The notes under the pieces were generated by a model. That model was not told the origin of the DNA. It made no database searches and worked only from the letters and a program-made list of their open reading frames with translations. Of a DNA stretch of 64,000 nucleotides, positions 1-10,100 are shown piece by piece; position 1 is the stretch's first letter; the number at the start of each line of letters is the position of its first letter. The DNA is from Candidatus Latescibacterota bacterium (GTDB lineage: Bacteria > Latescibacterota > UBA2968 > GCA-2709665): contig OZ242180.1 in assembly GCA_965205485.1 (NCBI GenBank), forward strand, positions 3,168,001 through 3,232,000, given 5' to 3'. Made by a program: the position numbers and the translations under genes.

Positions 1-92
1 CCAGAGAGTCCCCGGCATTTTCCGAAGGGAAATAACGCAGAAACGAGGAGAACTGTCAAGGAAGGTCAAGAAAGTCGGCGGGCGCCGCCGCG

Positions 93-2084
93 CTACGCCC
101 ACCCATGGACGTGGTGGCCCCCGCCGGGAAACCAGATCAGATCGACAATGAAGGAGACGAGAACGCCCGTGGCCCGCCCGACGATGATTCCGAAGAAGAG
201 GGGCCGGAAATAGCGATACAGTTGCACGCCGCCAACGCGCATGACGATGGCCTTGAACAGCCAAACGATGAGGATGGCGGTGATTTCGTGCAGCAGGCTG
301 GTCGTCGTCACGATGAATCCAACGGGATGCAGGGGCCACCACGGCAGCCGGTAACGCAGGAGCGTGAAGGCAGCCATCAGGATGCCTCCGAACCCGAACA
401 ACACCAGACGTTCCCACGAGGCGGGCTCCGGCGATTTGATATTCGCGACAACGGCGTCGTAGAGGCGTGGCGCGTACCTCATGAACGGGTACTCCGTGAA
501 GTTGAACGCGCCGTACTTGTATCCGAGGTAGAGTACCATCCAGATGTTCAGGGCAAGCGCGGTGAGCAGGCCCCCGAGTACGGCCCAGAACAGGACGCGG
601 CGGTTGCCTTTCACACGGTCGATGGCCTTTGCGCCCTGGGTCAGCGCCGGCATGAAATACATCCACCGCAGGGCGTGCGACGTGGCCGAGGCGGTAAGGA
701 CACGCGCGGAGATGGTCTCCGTGCCCAGGATCTGATAGCCCATATCCAGGGGGCTGGTGGGCAGGCCCAGGTACAGCGTGCCGGACTCGCAGACGAACCT
801 GGCCAGCGCGATGTAGATGATGATCGACGCCGGAACGGTGATCGCCATCAAGGCCAGTTCGATCCCTGCCTGATGCAGCCATGCAACGATGTAGAGGTTG
901 CCCGCGATGAATCCGATAACGGCCGTGCGGTACGAGAGCATCTCCCGGGAATCGTCCACGCCCGGTTCGTTGAAGAAGGCTTTGCGGAACACGTCCCGGA
1001 GGTGGTGGCGCGCCGCCCAGAATCCCCATCCCACGAAGACGAACAACGCGCCCAGGCATTGCCACTGGACGAGCGGATCGCCCCAACCGCCGCCGGACTG
1101 GTGCATGCGCCCGAACTGGAAGCCGGTCTTGCGGATCAGCGCAATCTCGGACATCAGCAGGAAGTGGAAGAACCAGATCGAGAAGAGGATCTCCAACTTC
1201 ACGAAGTAGCCGAAGCCGATTGTGTACGTATTGATGTGGGTGAGCAGCGGCGGAAAGATCCGGGCGAAATAGAACAGGCCCTTGTTGGGACTCATGCTGA
1301 TGCGCGGCCACGTGGGCTGGAAGTACGAAATCATGTTCCAGGCGATAATGCCGAAGGCGATCCCGAAGCCGATCCAGAACAGTCGGCCCTTGAAATAGTC
1401 CGGCCATTTGTTTCCGCCCGAAGCGTCGTGGACGTCGTCGATGGTTTCCAGAATGGGCGCCAGCAGCGGGTAGTCCAGACGTTCGTATTCGACCCATTGC
1501 TTTCGCAGTATCACCGTGATGCACGCGCAAACGATGAATCCCGCGAGTATGAGCGTGAGCCACCAGAACAGCGGGAGATACCAGACGTTCCAGGGAATCG
1601 CCGCGCCGCCCGGCAGGCCTTCGTAGAGCAGCGTCGTCTGATTGCCGTCGTTGGTTGGAAACAGATAGTCAGGGAGGTGAGGCTGAACATAGTCGATCCA
1701 GCCGTTCTCCGGGGTGCTTCGATAGTACGGCACCGCCATCAGGCCGAGCCAGATGCCGGTGAGGCCCCTGGCGGGAATCATTGCGGCGACGAGGCCCATC
1801 GCAATGATCGTGAGCATTTCCGAGGGGCCCAGACCCGACGAACCCGGCCTCCTGCGAAGGATCAGGTTGATCGTGAGGACGACAACGAACACGGCGAAAA
1901 AGGAAACGGGCAGGTGAGTGATATTGACCGACGACGTATCCGCCGCGGTCCGGGAATAGGTGACCCAGCCGCTGCTGAGAGCCGATACCAGCACGCCGGT
2001 TCCCACCGCGCGGAGCGTGATCCCCCGTTCCCGGTGGTCCGTTTGCGATTCTATGGAGGGTTGTTGCGGTTTTGGGAGTGCCAT
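93..2084 (-). CDS. DUF6785/DUF6784-family polytopic membrane protein (putative OPT-like transporter)
   Basis: 663 aa with many TM helices. Family-typical motifs: GITLRAV, ILRKQWVEYERLDYPL, LRYRLPWWPLHPVGF, VMRVGG..LYR..RPLFFG. Confidence 0.75.
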   Translation of the reverse strand: MALPKPQQPSIESQTDHRERGITLRAVGTGVLVSALSSGWVTYSRTAADTSSVNITHLPVSFFAVFVVVLTINLILRRRPGSSGLGPSEMLTIIAMGLVAAMIPARGLTGIWLGLMAVPYYRSTPENGWIDYVQPHLPDYLFPTNDGNQTTLLYEGLPGGAAIPWNVWYLPLFWWLTLILAGFIVCACITVILRKQWVEYERLDYPLLAPILETIDDVHDASGGNKWPDYFKGRLFWIGFGIAFGIIAWNMISYFQPTWPRISMSPNKGLFYFARIFPPLLTHINTYTIGFGYFVKLEILFSIWFFHFLLMSEIALIRKTGFQFGRMHQSGGGWGDPLVQWQCLGALFVFVGWGFWAARHHLRDVFRKAFFNEPGVDDSREMLSYRTAVIGFIAGNLYIVAWLHQAGIELALMAITVPASIIIYIALARFVCESGTLYLGLPTSPLDMGYQILGTETISARVLTASATSHALRWMYFMPALTQGAKAIDRVKGNRRVLFWAVLGGLLTALALNIWMVLYLGYKYGAFNFTEYPFMRYAPRLYDAVVANIKSPEPASWERLVLFGFGGILMAAFTLLRYRLPWWPLHPVGFIVTTTSLLHEITAILIVWLFKAIVMRVGGVQLYRYFRPLFFGIIVGRATGVLVSFIVDLIWFPGGGHHVHGWA

Positions 2085-2149
2085 CTGGCGGGATTGTTGT
2101 TAGTTTAAACGGGCGTCCCGAGGACGACGGGTTGGTCTGTGGGGTGCTT

Positions 2150-2178
2150 AAAATATATGGAATAGGTAATTTAGTCAA
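2150..2178 (-). promoter_or_regulatory. Putative sigma70 promoter for the DUF6785 gene
   Basis: Minus strand TTGACT (2178-2173), 17 nt spacer, TATTTT (2155-2150), in an AT-rich intergenic patch. Confidence 0.45.
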
Positions 2179-2260
2179 GGAACGCGCCAATGAAGCGGTG
2201 GTCGGAGGCGGCCGGCGAATGGTGAACGCCCGCCGGTGGATCATTTCAGAGTTCGACAGG

Positions 2261-2285
2261 GCGGGGCGGACATTCCTGTCTGCCC
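2261..2285. repeat. REP-like palindrome (single copy in window)
   Basis: GGGCGGACA-TTCC-TGTCTGCCC hairpin in the divergent intergenic region. Confidence 0.4.
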
Positions 2286-2311
2286 GGTTCGGTTAATTTG
2301 CAACGGGAATG

Positions 2312-2340
2312 TTTACAATTGACCCGGTACAGGGTATATT
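2312..2340 (+). promoter_or_regulatory. Putative sigma70 promoter for the DUF3179 gene
   Basis: TTTACA (2312-2317), 17 nt spacer, TATATT (2335-2340). GGAGG RBS precedes ATG 2393. Confidence 0.55.
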
Positions 2341-2392
2341 GTTTCCAGTCTCGGAATTGCGACACCCTTGCGACACCTGACGGAGGTTCTGA

Positions 2393-3598
2393 ATGAAGCG
2401 ACTGTTTTCGTTTCCCTTGATGCTCGCTGTGTTACTTGCGGCCTGTGGCGGGAACGACGGCGGCGGCAACATAAGCGGTCCAACCGAGGGTACCGGCGGC
2501 GGAGGTTCCGGACCTGTTCCGGGCAGCCGCAGCGAGCACGCGCGCCCTCCGCGTGCCGGCGGCAACTATCTTGCCTCGTTCCCGATTGACGACATCGTGT
2601 CAGGCTGCCCGGGCGCCGATTGCATACCGGCGGTCACCGATCCGGATTTCGTCAGCCCCGGCGCCGCGGGTGCGGGGTATCTGCGAGACGACGACATTGT
2701 CATGGGAATCGTGATCAACGGAGAGCCCAGGGCCTATCCCCACAACATCGGTTGGTGGCATGAAGTCATTAACGACACGGCAGGCAATGAGAGCGTGATC
2801 GTGACGCTCTGTCCGCTGACAGGTACCGGAATGGTATTCAACGGCGTCGCTGCGGACGGCGAACGCATACACGTGGGGGTGTCCGGCCTGTTGTTCAACA
2901 ACAACCTGATCATGTACGACCGGCGGGACAGGCAGTCGCTCTATCCGCAGATGATCTACAAGGCCGTTCTGGGCCCCCGAACGGGCGAGGAACTGGAGTT
3001 GCTGCCTGTGACCGAGTGTACATGGGAATACTGGAAACGGATCCACCCCGATACCAGGGTTATAGACGGAAACTCAACCAGCTACCCCCTCAACCAATAC
3101 ACCGAGTATCCATATATCCAGGGAACCTCGGATTATCGGACGGAAAACGGATATTTCATATTTCCAATTATGGACACAGCCACGTCGGTCCTCTTTGGCG
3201 CCAAGGACCTGGCCATGGGCGTCCGTTTCGGGGAGATGGTCAAGGCCTATCCATTCCAGTCCATGCACCGAGAGGACGTTATCAACGACGTAATCGTGGA
3301 AGGTCCGAAGCAACATCCCATTCTGGTGGTCCACTACAGGGATGCCCAACTGGCCATTCCCTTTTCGCGCGAGATCAGCGTGAACGGCCAGGCGGCCACG
3401 CTCACGTTCGAGAAGGTGAATTCGACCCAGAGCGCCTATCCTTTTATGGTGAAGGACAGCGAGACCGGGACAACGTGGAACCTGAAGGGAGAGGGCGTGG
3501 ACGGGACGCATGAGGGCATGCAGTTGACTCAGTTACCCTCGCACAACGGGTTCTGGTTCGCATGGGGCATCTTCTGGCAGAACATCGGCATTCACTGA
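2393..3598 (+). CDS. DUF3179-family lipoprotein
   Basis: Lipobox LLAAC and Gly-rich linker. Motifs RAYPHNI..WHEVIND, TLCPLTGTG, GVSGLLFNNNLIMYDR, TGTTWNLKGE, FWFAW. Confidence 0.85.
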   Translation: MKRLFSFPLMLAVLLAACGGNDGGGNISGPTEGTGGGGSGPVPGSRSEHARPPRAGGNYLASFPIDDIVSGCPGADCIPAVTDPDFVSPGAAGAGYLRDDDIVMGIVINGEPRAYPHNIGWWHEVINDTAGNESVIVTLCPLTGTGMVFNGVAADGERIHVGVSGLLFNNNLIMYDRRDRQSLYPQMIYKAVLGPRTGEELELLPVTECTWEYWKRIHPDTRVIDGNSTSYPLNQYTEYPYIQGTSDYRTENGYFIFPIMDTATSVLFGAKDLAMGVRFGEMVKAYPFQSMHREDVINDVIVEGPKQHPILVVHYRDAQLAIPFSREISVNGQAATLTFEKVNSTQSAYPFMVKDSETGTTWNLKGEGVDGTHEGMQLTQLPSHNGFWFAWGIFWQNIGIH

Positions 3599-3657
3599 TC
3601 GTCAGCCTGATCGTACACATCATGCCCGAATAGAGCAGTGCCTGGAGGCTTGAAGAG

Positions 3658-6060
3658 ATGTCTGGTCCGGCAATCGACCTCAAGAGACGGCCCTTCCCCG
3701 GGTTCCTGTGGGCTCTTGTCCTTGTCGTATACGTATGCGGCGCTGCACCGGCCCGGGCTGGCGCGCTTTCGCCCGGGGAGGTCGACGGGGTCTTTATCCG
3801 CAGCATGAAATCGGACCATCCCGATTCGATCAGGCTGGCGATCGGAAAACTGGAAGGCGCCCTGGATGCATATCCGAACCCGGCGCTGCTGCGCGTACGG
3901 ATCGGTATGCTCTATCTGAAGACGAAGGATACTCAGCGTGCGCGCGCGCGTTTCAGAGACGCTCTGGTCCAGGATTCAACGCTCGTTGCGGCGAGGTACG
4001 GACTGGGACGCGTATATCTGGAACTGATGAATAACCCCAGGCGGGCATTGAAGAACCTTGAACGCGCCATTCGCATCGACTCCTCCTACGCGGACGCCCA
4101 TCAGCTGATGGGACGCGCACACTTGAAAATGGGCAGGAAGGAGGAAGTGCTTGCCTCGGCGCGGGCGGCGCTCCGCCATGACCCGAACCATGCGCCGTCG
4201 TATATGCTGCTGGCCGACTACTATCTTTTGCGGGGGAACACGCCGGAAGCCATCCGGTATTTCCGGGAGTTTCTTTCGCACGAACCCGATGACGAGGAGT
4301 CGGCGTTCGACTTTGCGATGCATCTTCTGAAGATCGAGCGGTACGACGAAGTACTCCAACTGGCCGCGTTGATGGGCCGCGAGCGCGGCTTGCCCCTGGA
4401 GGCCCAGGTATTGGCCGCATGGGGGGACCACGAAGAGGCCCTTGGGGTGTTCGAGAGATATATCTCGCTTCTTCCTGCAAAGGAACGGTCGGCGTACTAC
4501 GATATCTCCAACGTCGGCGGACCGGAGGATGTCGCGGCCTACAGGAATACGCCGCCAGGAGAACGGGAGGCGTTCCTGAGGGGTTTCTGGCTCCAGCGCG
4601 ATCCGTTCCAGACGAGCGGCGGCGCGATGCGGCGCGTGGAGCATTACCGCCGCGTCTGGCGGGCAATGACGCTCTATGGCGAAATCGCCTGGCCCTTCGA
4701 TGCCCGGGGCCGCGTGTTCGTCAGGTACGGAGAGCCCGAATGGAAGTCCAGCTGGAAGCAAGTCAACGCTCAGGTTCCCATCAAGGTGCAGCGCGTACAG
4801 GAAAAACTCGCGTTTCAGCTCTACGGAAGGCGCGGAATGGACATGACGTTCATCGGCCCCGTGTATCCCATCCGGTCGGACCGTTCGGCTGAAAAAAGGC
4901 TTTCCCAGACGGAGTGGCGGACCAACAGCAAGCCGTTGGGCGGCCCTGAGGAAATCGACGTGGGACTCACGTTCTACAAGCCGGTCACCACGAGCATGGA
5001 CTACTCGAGGGTGGGTTGGGAGGTCTGGGTTTACGCGGACATCGAGAACGGTCTGGAGGTCGTGTTTACGGATGAACTCTACAGCGGCATCTTCGATTTC
5101 GCACCTGAGCCCACGCCGGACGGGTACGATCTGGATGAACTCTCCATGCAGCGTATGGGCCCGATGCGCCGCCTGATGACGCGGTTGCCGAACCTGGCGC
5201 CCGGCGCCCGGGTGGCGAGAATCTCGAAGGATCTGCCGGAGCGGTACGACCTGTCCCATCTGGATCCCATGGAATTCTACTATGAAGCGCTTTCGTTCCG
5301 GGGACGCAACGGGGAAGCGGACCTCCAGCTGAATCTGGGACTGCCGCTGGACAACGTCCTGGTGGACGGCGACCGCGACACAACCGTGACTCTGGAGAGG
5401 CGCATCGCGTTGATCGAAGACCGGACCGAGGAGGTTCGGAAGACCCGCGACCGGCTGGACCTGCGGATATCACCGTCATCACGAGGGGCAGGATTGCTGG
5501 CCGTGGACCGGGTCGACCTGACCGCGCCGCCGGGCGCCTATCGGCTGGCTCTGCAGATGTCCAGGCTGAATACGAACCGGCTTCAGGCGTATCACCAGGA
5601 GGTCGAAGTTCCCGACTACGATGGCGGGGAGTTGCTCCTCAGCGATCTTCAGATTGCGTACCGGGTCGACGAGGCCGGCCCGGGCTCCGACCCGAAGTCA
5701 GTCCGCGGGCAATGGCAGATCGCCGCGGCGCCGTCCCGGGCTTTTCGGTCCGGCGAACCGGTTTACGTCTATTTCGAGATATACAATCTGACGCGGGATT
5801 CCTTCGGAAATACACGTTACGAGGTGGGGTACGAAGTGCGCCGCGGACGTAAGAAACTGAAAACGCTTGCCCGGAAGGGATCGGGCGAAATGGTCTCGGT
5901 CAGCTACAGGCAGGTCGGCACCTCGCCCGATGAGTCCGACTACGTCGAATTGGATCTACGTAAGGGCAGACCGGGTCGATATCGGGTGAAGATGACGGTG
6001 AAGGATCTCGTTAGCGATCGGCAGACGGTTCGAGAGGGTCGTTTTCAGATCCTGGAATAA
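3658..6060 (+). CDS. GWxTD-domain protein with N-terminal TPR repeats (paralog 1)
   Basis: Signal peptide and TPRs, then FWLQRDP..EHYRRVW..FDARGRVFVRYGEP..WEVWVY. C-terminal Ig-like region LLLSDLQ..VYVYFEIYNL. Confidence 0.85.
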   Translation: MSGPAIDLKRRPFPGFLWALVLVVYVCGAAPARAGALSPGEVDGVFIRSMKSDHPDSIRLAIGKLEGALDAYPNPALLRVRIGMLYLKTKDTQRARARFRDALVQDSTLVAARYGLGRVYLELMNNPRRALKNLERAIRIDSSYADAHQLMGRAHLKMGRKEEVLASARAALRHDPNHAPSYMLLADYYLLRGNTPEAIRYFREFLSHEPDDEESAFDFAMHLLKIERYDEVLQLAALMGRERGLPLEAQVLAAWGDHEEALGVFERYISLLPAKERSAYYDISNVGGPEDVAAYRNTPPGEREAFLRGFWLQRDPFQTSGGAMRRVEHYRRVWRAMTLYGEIAWPFDARGRVFVRYGEPEWKSSWKQVNAQVPIKVQRVQEKLAFQLYGRRGMDMTFIGPVYPIRSDRSAEKRLSQTEWRTNSKPLGGPEEIDVGLTFYKPVTTSMDYSRVGWEVWVYADIENGLEVVFTDELYSGIFDFAPEPTPDGYDLDELSMQRMGPMRRLMTRLPNLAPGARVARISKDLPERYDLSHLDPMEFYYEALSFRGRNGEADLQLNLGLPLDNVLVDGDRDTTVTLERRIALIEDRTEEVRKTRDRLDLRISPSSRGAGLLAVDRVDLTAPPGAYRLALQMSRLNTNRLQAYHQEVEVPDYDGGELLLSDLQIAYRVDEAGPGSDPKSVRGQWQIAAAPSRAFRSGEPVYVYFEIYNLTRDSFGNTRYEVGYEVRRGRKKLKTLARKGSGEMVSVSYRQVGTSPDESDYVELDLRKGRPGRYRVKMTVKDLVSDRQTVREGRFQILE

Positions 6061-6095
6061 AAGCAGTGCGTCCCAGACCGGCCGATAAAAAAAAC

Positions 6096-6124
6096 TTGAC
6101 AAATTCATTTGCGCCAACTAAATT
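6096..6124 (+). promoter_or_regulatory. Putative sigma70 promoter of the OMP-TBDR-CTD-PorV operon
   Basis: TTGACA (6096-6101), 17 nt spacer, TAAATT (6119-6124), preceded by an A-tract (UP-element-like). Confidence 0.6.
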
Positions 6125-6244
6125 TTATGGAATCATTAAAAAACAGGGGAAGTGCGCCAAAATTAAATCATCACGCGTAATCGGTTTTTCGAATGTATTA
6201 TTTACTGCACATGCCAATGTTTGGCGAACACCGGGGCGTAATCC

Positions 6245-6263
6245 CATGATTCATTCAATCATG
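6245..6263. promoter_or_regulatory. Inverted repeat, candidate transcription-factor operator
   Basis: CATGATT-CATTC-AATCATG (7-5-7) in the AT-rich operon leader. Confidence 0.35.
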
Positions 6264-6420
6264 TTCTGGATTGTGCCCCTTTTTGTTAACCGGGCCAGGG
6301 AAGAAAGGAGGTCAGCTATCGAGACGAGAGGAGTCTGCTTCGCAAATTCCGTTCGTGGGACGACGTGATGGGCGGAGGGGGGTTTCCGCATCGTTCACTC
6401 TCAGATGGGGAGGTGAGTAG

Positions 6421-7140
6421 ATGAAAGTTGTGCGTATTGCTTTTCTGGCCGTTTTTGCGCTGGTGGCAGCGGGTCTGTCTGACAGCGCATTGGCCCAGGA
6501 AGGCAGATGGGCGGTTGGCGGGATCGCCGATTACAATATCCCGATGCATCGGCTCGGGGAACGCTGGGACGCCACCGGCAAATACGGAGCGACGTTAAGC
6601 TACGTGGCCAGCCAGCGCACCGTTATCGAAGTCGAGTACAATTACTCGAAGTTCACCAACGGGAAGCCGGCGGCGGATCCCTGGGTTTACCCGATCGACG
6701 AGCAGGAATACACCCACCCGAACGGCCGGTCCGAAATCACGTGGAACAACCTGATCGTGAACGGCCTGCTTTTCGTTGGCGAGGAGAACTCCACGCACGG
6801 GTTCAAAGCCAGGGATTACAGATATTATCTCCTGGTTGGCGGCGGTCTCTATCGCTATTACGCGATCAACAGCAACCTGGTTTATTCCCGCCAGACGAAC
6901 GACCCTATTGATCTGGACTTCGTCATGGAAGACCAGGTCGATCAGCGATACACCATTGGCGCCAATGCCGGCGTGGGCGTCGAGGGATTCGTCACCCAGA
7001 ACCTGGCCGTCGACCTGCGCGCGCGATACAACTTTGTTGTGGGTGAATTGCGCAATATGCTCTTCTACGGGCTGGAGAAGGTGCGCCCCATGCACATGGT
7101 CGACGTGGGCGCGCAGATCAAGTTTTACTTCTGGCGTTAA
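6421..7140 (+). CDS. Outer-membrane beta-barrel protein (OmpA/OmpW-like small barrel)
   Basis: Signal peptide (ALA-Q), amphipathic strands (YYLLVGGGLY, GANAGVGVE, AVDLRARYN), C-terminal VGAQIKFYFWR. GGAGGT RBS. Confidence 0.75.
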   Translation: MKVVRIAFLAVFALVAAGLSDSALAQEGRWAVGGIADYNIPMHRLGERWDATGKYGATLSYVASQRTVIEVEYNYSKFTNGKPAADPWVYPIDEQEYTHPNGRSEITWNNLIVNGLLFVGEENSTHGFKARDYRYYLLVGGGLYRYYAINSNLVYSRQTNDPIDLDFVMEDQVDQRYTIGANAGVGVEGFVTQNLAVDLRARYNFVVGELRNMLFYGLEKVRPMHMVDVGAQIKFYFWR

Positions 7141-7183
7141 TATAAAGCAGCCGGGGTAACAACTCTACGAAGGAGGTATCACA

Positions 7184-10100
7184 ATGAAGCGTAAGCTTCT
7201 GCTTTTTGGAATCGCATTTGCCGTTGCGGCCGTCGGTTTTATTGCCGGCGAGTTGCAGGCGGGCGTCACGGGCAAGATCAACGGCGTGGTACGCGACCAG
7301 GCCGGCGAAGTCCTGCCCGGCGCCAACGTTGTGATCAAGGAGCTCAATCTGGGTTCCACGGCCGATGCCGACGGGTATTACGTCATCATCAATATCCCGC
7401 CAGGTGTCTATACCCTTTCAGCGTCCCTTATCGGATACGAGACCGTGTCGCAGACCGGCGTGGACGTAACGTCGGACCATACCACCACCATCAATTATAA
7501 TTTGAAAGAGACCGCCCTCGAGCTGGGCGAGTTGGTGGTTACGGCGGGCCGTCCGCTGGTGGAGCCCGACAAGACCACCAGCAAGTACACGGTGACGCTC
7601 GAAGAAACCGAGAGGAACCTGGCGGCCGCGCGCAGGACGTCCGAATTGCTGCAGTTGCAGCCCGGCGTGGCGGTTGACGGGTCCAACCGGATTCGCGGCG
7701 CCTACGTCGACGCCGGCTGGTACGCGAGCGACGTTGCGTACGTGGTGGACGGCGTCCGGATGAACCACAACGACGGCCGCGGGCGCGGCGGGCGCTACCG
7801 CCAGGTGAACCGGGGCGCCATCCAGGAATTGTCGGTGCTCACGGGCGTAACCCCCGCTGAATACGGCAATGCCCAGGGCGGCGTGGTCCAGATCATCACC
7901 AAGGAAGGCGGCGGCGAGGTGAACGGCTGGGGCGAGTTCCGCTACGAGCCCGCCGGCAAGAAGCACTGGGGCGAGAACGTCTACGACTCCCCGCAGCACC
8001 AGGACAAGGTGCAATGGGACAATCCCATCTGGGCCAACGAGAAATATCCGGACCTTTCGGACAAGATCAACCATCCCATTTTTGAAGAGATCGCGGGCGA
8101 GCTCATTCACGTCCGGACGAACTATACGGAATGGACCGGGTTTGGCGTTGAAGGCAATCTGTCCGGCCCGATTGGTGACAGGGCGTCCTTCGTGGCCACG
8201 GCCAAGCACGAACGCTATGCGGCCGTCACGCCTCGGGCCGAACGCATCGGTTTCTACAACGACCGCGGAAGCTTCCAGGACGACCCGGGCAACCTCAACG
8301 TTTCCGGGAGCATTACCATCAAGCCCACCGCCAATCTCAAGTTGAAAATCGGCGGGATGTATCTGGGTTGGGACTGGTATTCAAACGGCAATCCTGACCT
8401 CTTCGGCGGGCGTCATGGCAGCGGCGGCGGCGCGATGGTGCGCGGCTCCGGGCGCAACCTGTTCCTGCCCGAGAAGTGGTCGGCGGCAGGACTGCACGAC
8501 CTCAGGGAAGAGCTGCAGTACGCGGTGTTTACGCACACGCTGTCCCCGAGGACGTTCTACGAAGTACGGGTTTCGCATTCCCGCTCGAAGATGGATACCC
8601 TCAGTGGCACGCATGACGTAACCGGCGAAATCTTCCGGGACCAGGCGGGTTGGTTCAACATCGGCCGGCAGGCCGCCCGATACGGCCAGTACGACAGGCA
8701 GCGCATCGGGGCCAAGGTCGACCTGTCGTCCCAGATTACCAAAGGGAACTTCATGAAGGCGGGGGTCGAGTACCAGACCAGCGCCATCACGATGATTCTG
8801 CGGTACGACACAACCCCGGCCGCACGTAATCTGCGGGTGATCATGGATGAGGGTCAGATGGGCGAAAAGGTCAAGCCCTTCTTCCTGAACGCCTACCTCC
8901 AGGACAAAATGGAATTCCAGGGGATGATCGTCAACCTGGGCGTCCGCCTGGATACGTTCAACCCGAACTCGCGCCAGCTGACCTTCGGCGCGTACCGCGG
9001 GAGTTCCATGTTCCGCTATTATACCCGGGCGCGCGACTGGGCGTACCAGGAAGGCTCCCTGTGGGTCACGGACGCGCCCTGGCACGTGAAGTTCAGCCCG
9101 CGGATCGGCGTTTCGCACCCGATCACGGAGCGGTCGCAGATGCGGTTCTCCACGGGCGTGTTCCTCCAGTGGGCCGACCTCTGGTATTACTTCGGAGAGG
9201 ACTACTGGACCTCCGGCGACGCCGGCGACCGCGACGTGAACGAGAACGGACGCATCGACGCCACCGAGCGGATGAACAACTTCCGCACCACCTATTCGGG
9301 CCAGAACGGGCTGCATCTGCTGCAACCCGCCAAGACCACGGCCTTCGAGGTGGGCGCCGACTGGAACTTCGTGAGCGACTACACCGCCACGTTGACCGCG
9401 TATTACAAGAGCGAGGTGGACCACTTCACCTCGTATCCCAACGAGACGTGGGTCGGTCCCAGGGACTTCTGGATTCCCTATTCGCGGACCCTGGACAACG
9501 GCGCGTACGGTGACACCCGCGGCGTGGAACTGTCCATGCGCAAATCCTTCTCGCACAACTTCTCATTCAACGTTTCCTATAACTACCAGTGGTCGCAGAT
9601 CACCACGGGCAAGCTGGGCAACGTGATCCGCAACGTGTACATGGACTCGGCAACGGTGGTCCATCTCTCCACAACCAACGCGTTTACGGACCGCGGCATT
9701 ACCGTTCCCAATTTCTGGATTTACTGGGACGCGCTTCCGGACGGCAGCGAGGCGCCTCGCCGGCTGACCGGCGACGACCTGGTCAAGTACGCGCAGCAGG
9801 GCCAGAATTTCCACGATGGCGCGCGCGCGAAGGGCGGCCAGTTGGGCACGGGCGTGTGGGATGGCCTCCGGCCGGTCGACAATCCCGCCCTGGGGAACTG
9901 CGGTCCGAATTGTTCGGTCAAGATCAACTCGGGCAGCTATACCACGCTGTTCTTCCGTCCCAAGAGCGGCGACCGCCGGAACTTCGGAAGCTTCTCGCTG
10001 TTGGCGTCCTTCCCGGACGATTTCGAGTTCGGCCATTCCTTTGTGGGGACCGTGCTCAAGAATCTCCGGCTGAACGTCACCTCCCGCATCCAGACGGGCG

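Noticed and set aside
105..2108. 667-aa plus-strand ORF antisense to the DUF6785 gene
   Set aside because: Shadow ORF from high-GC codon bias. It mirrors the real gene and has no recognisable motifs.
6066..6368. 100-aa ORF in the TBDR operon leader
   Set aside because: It runs through the AT-rich promoter, has no RBS at its start and has atypical codon usage.
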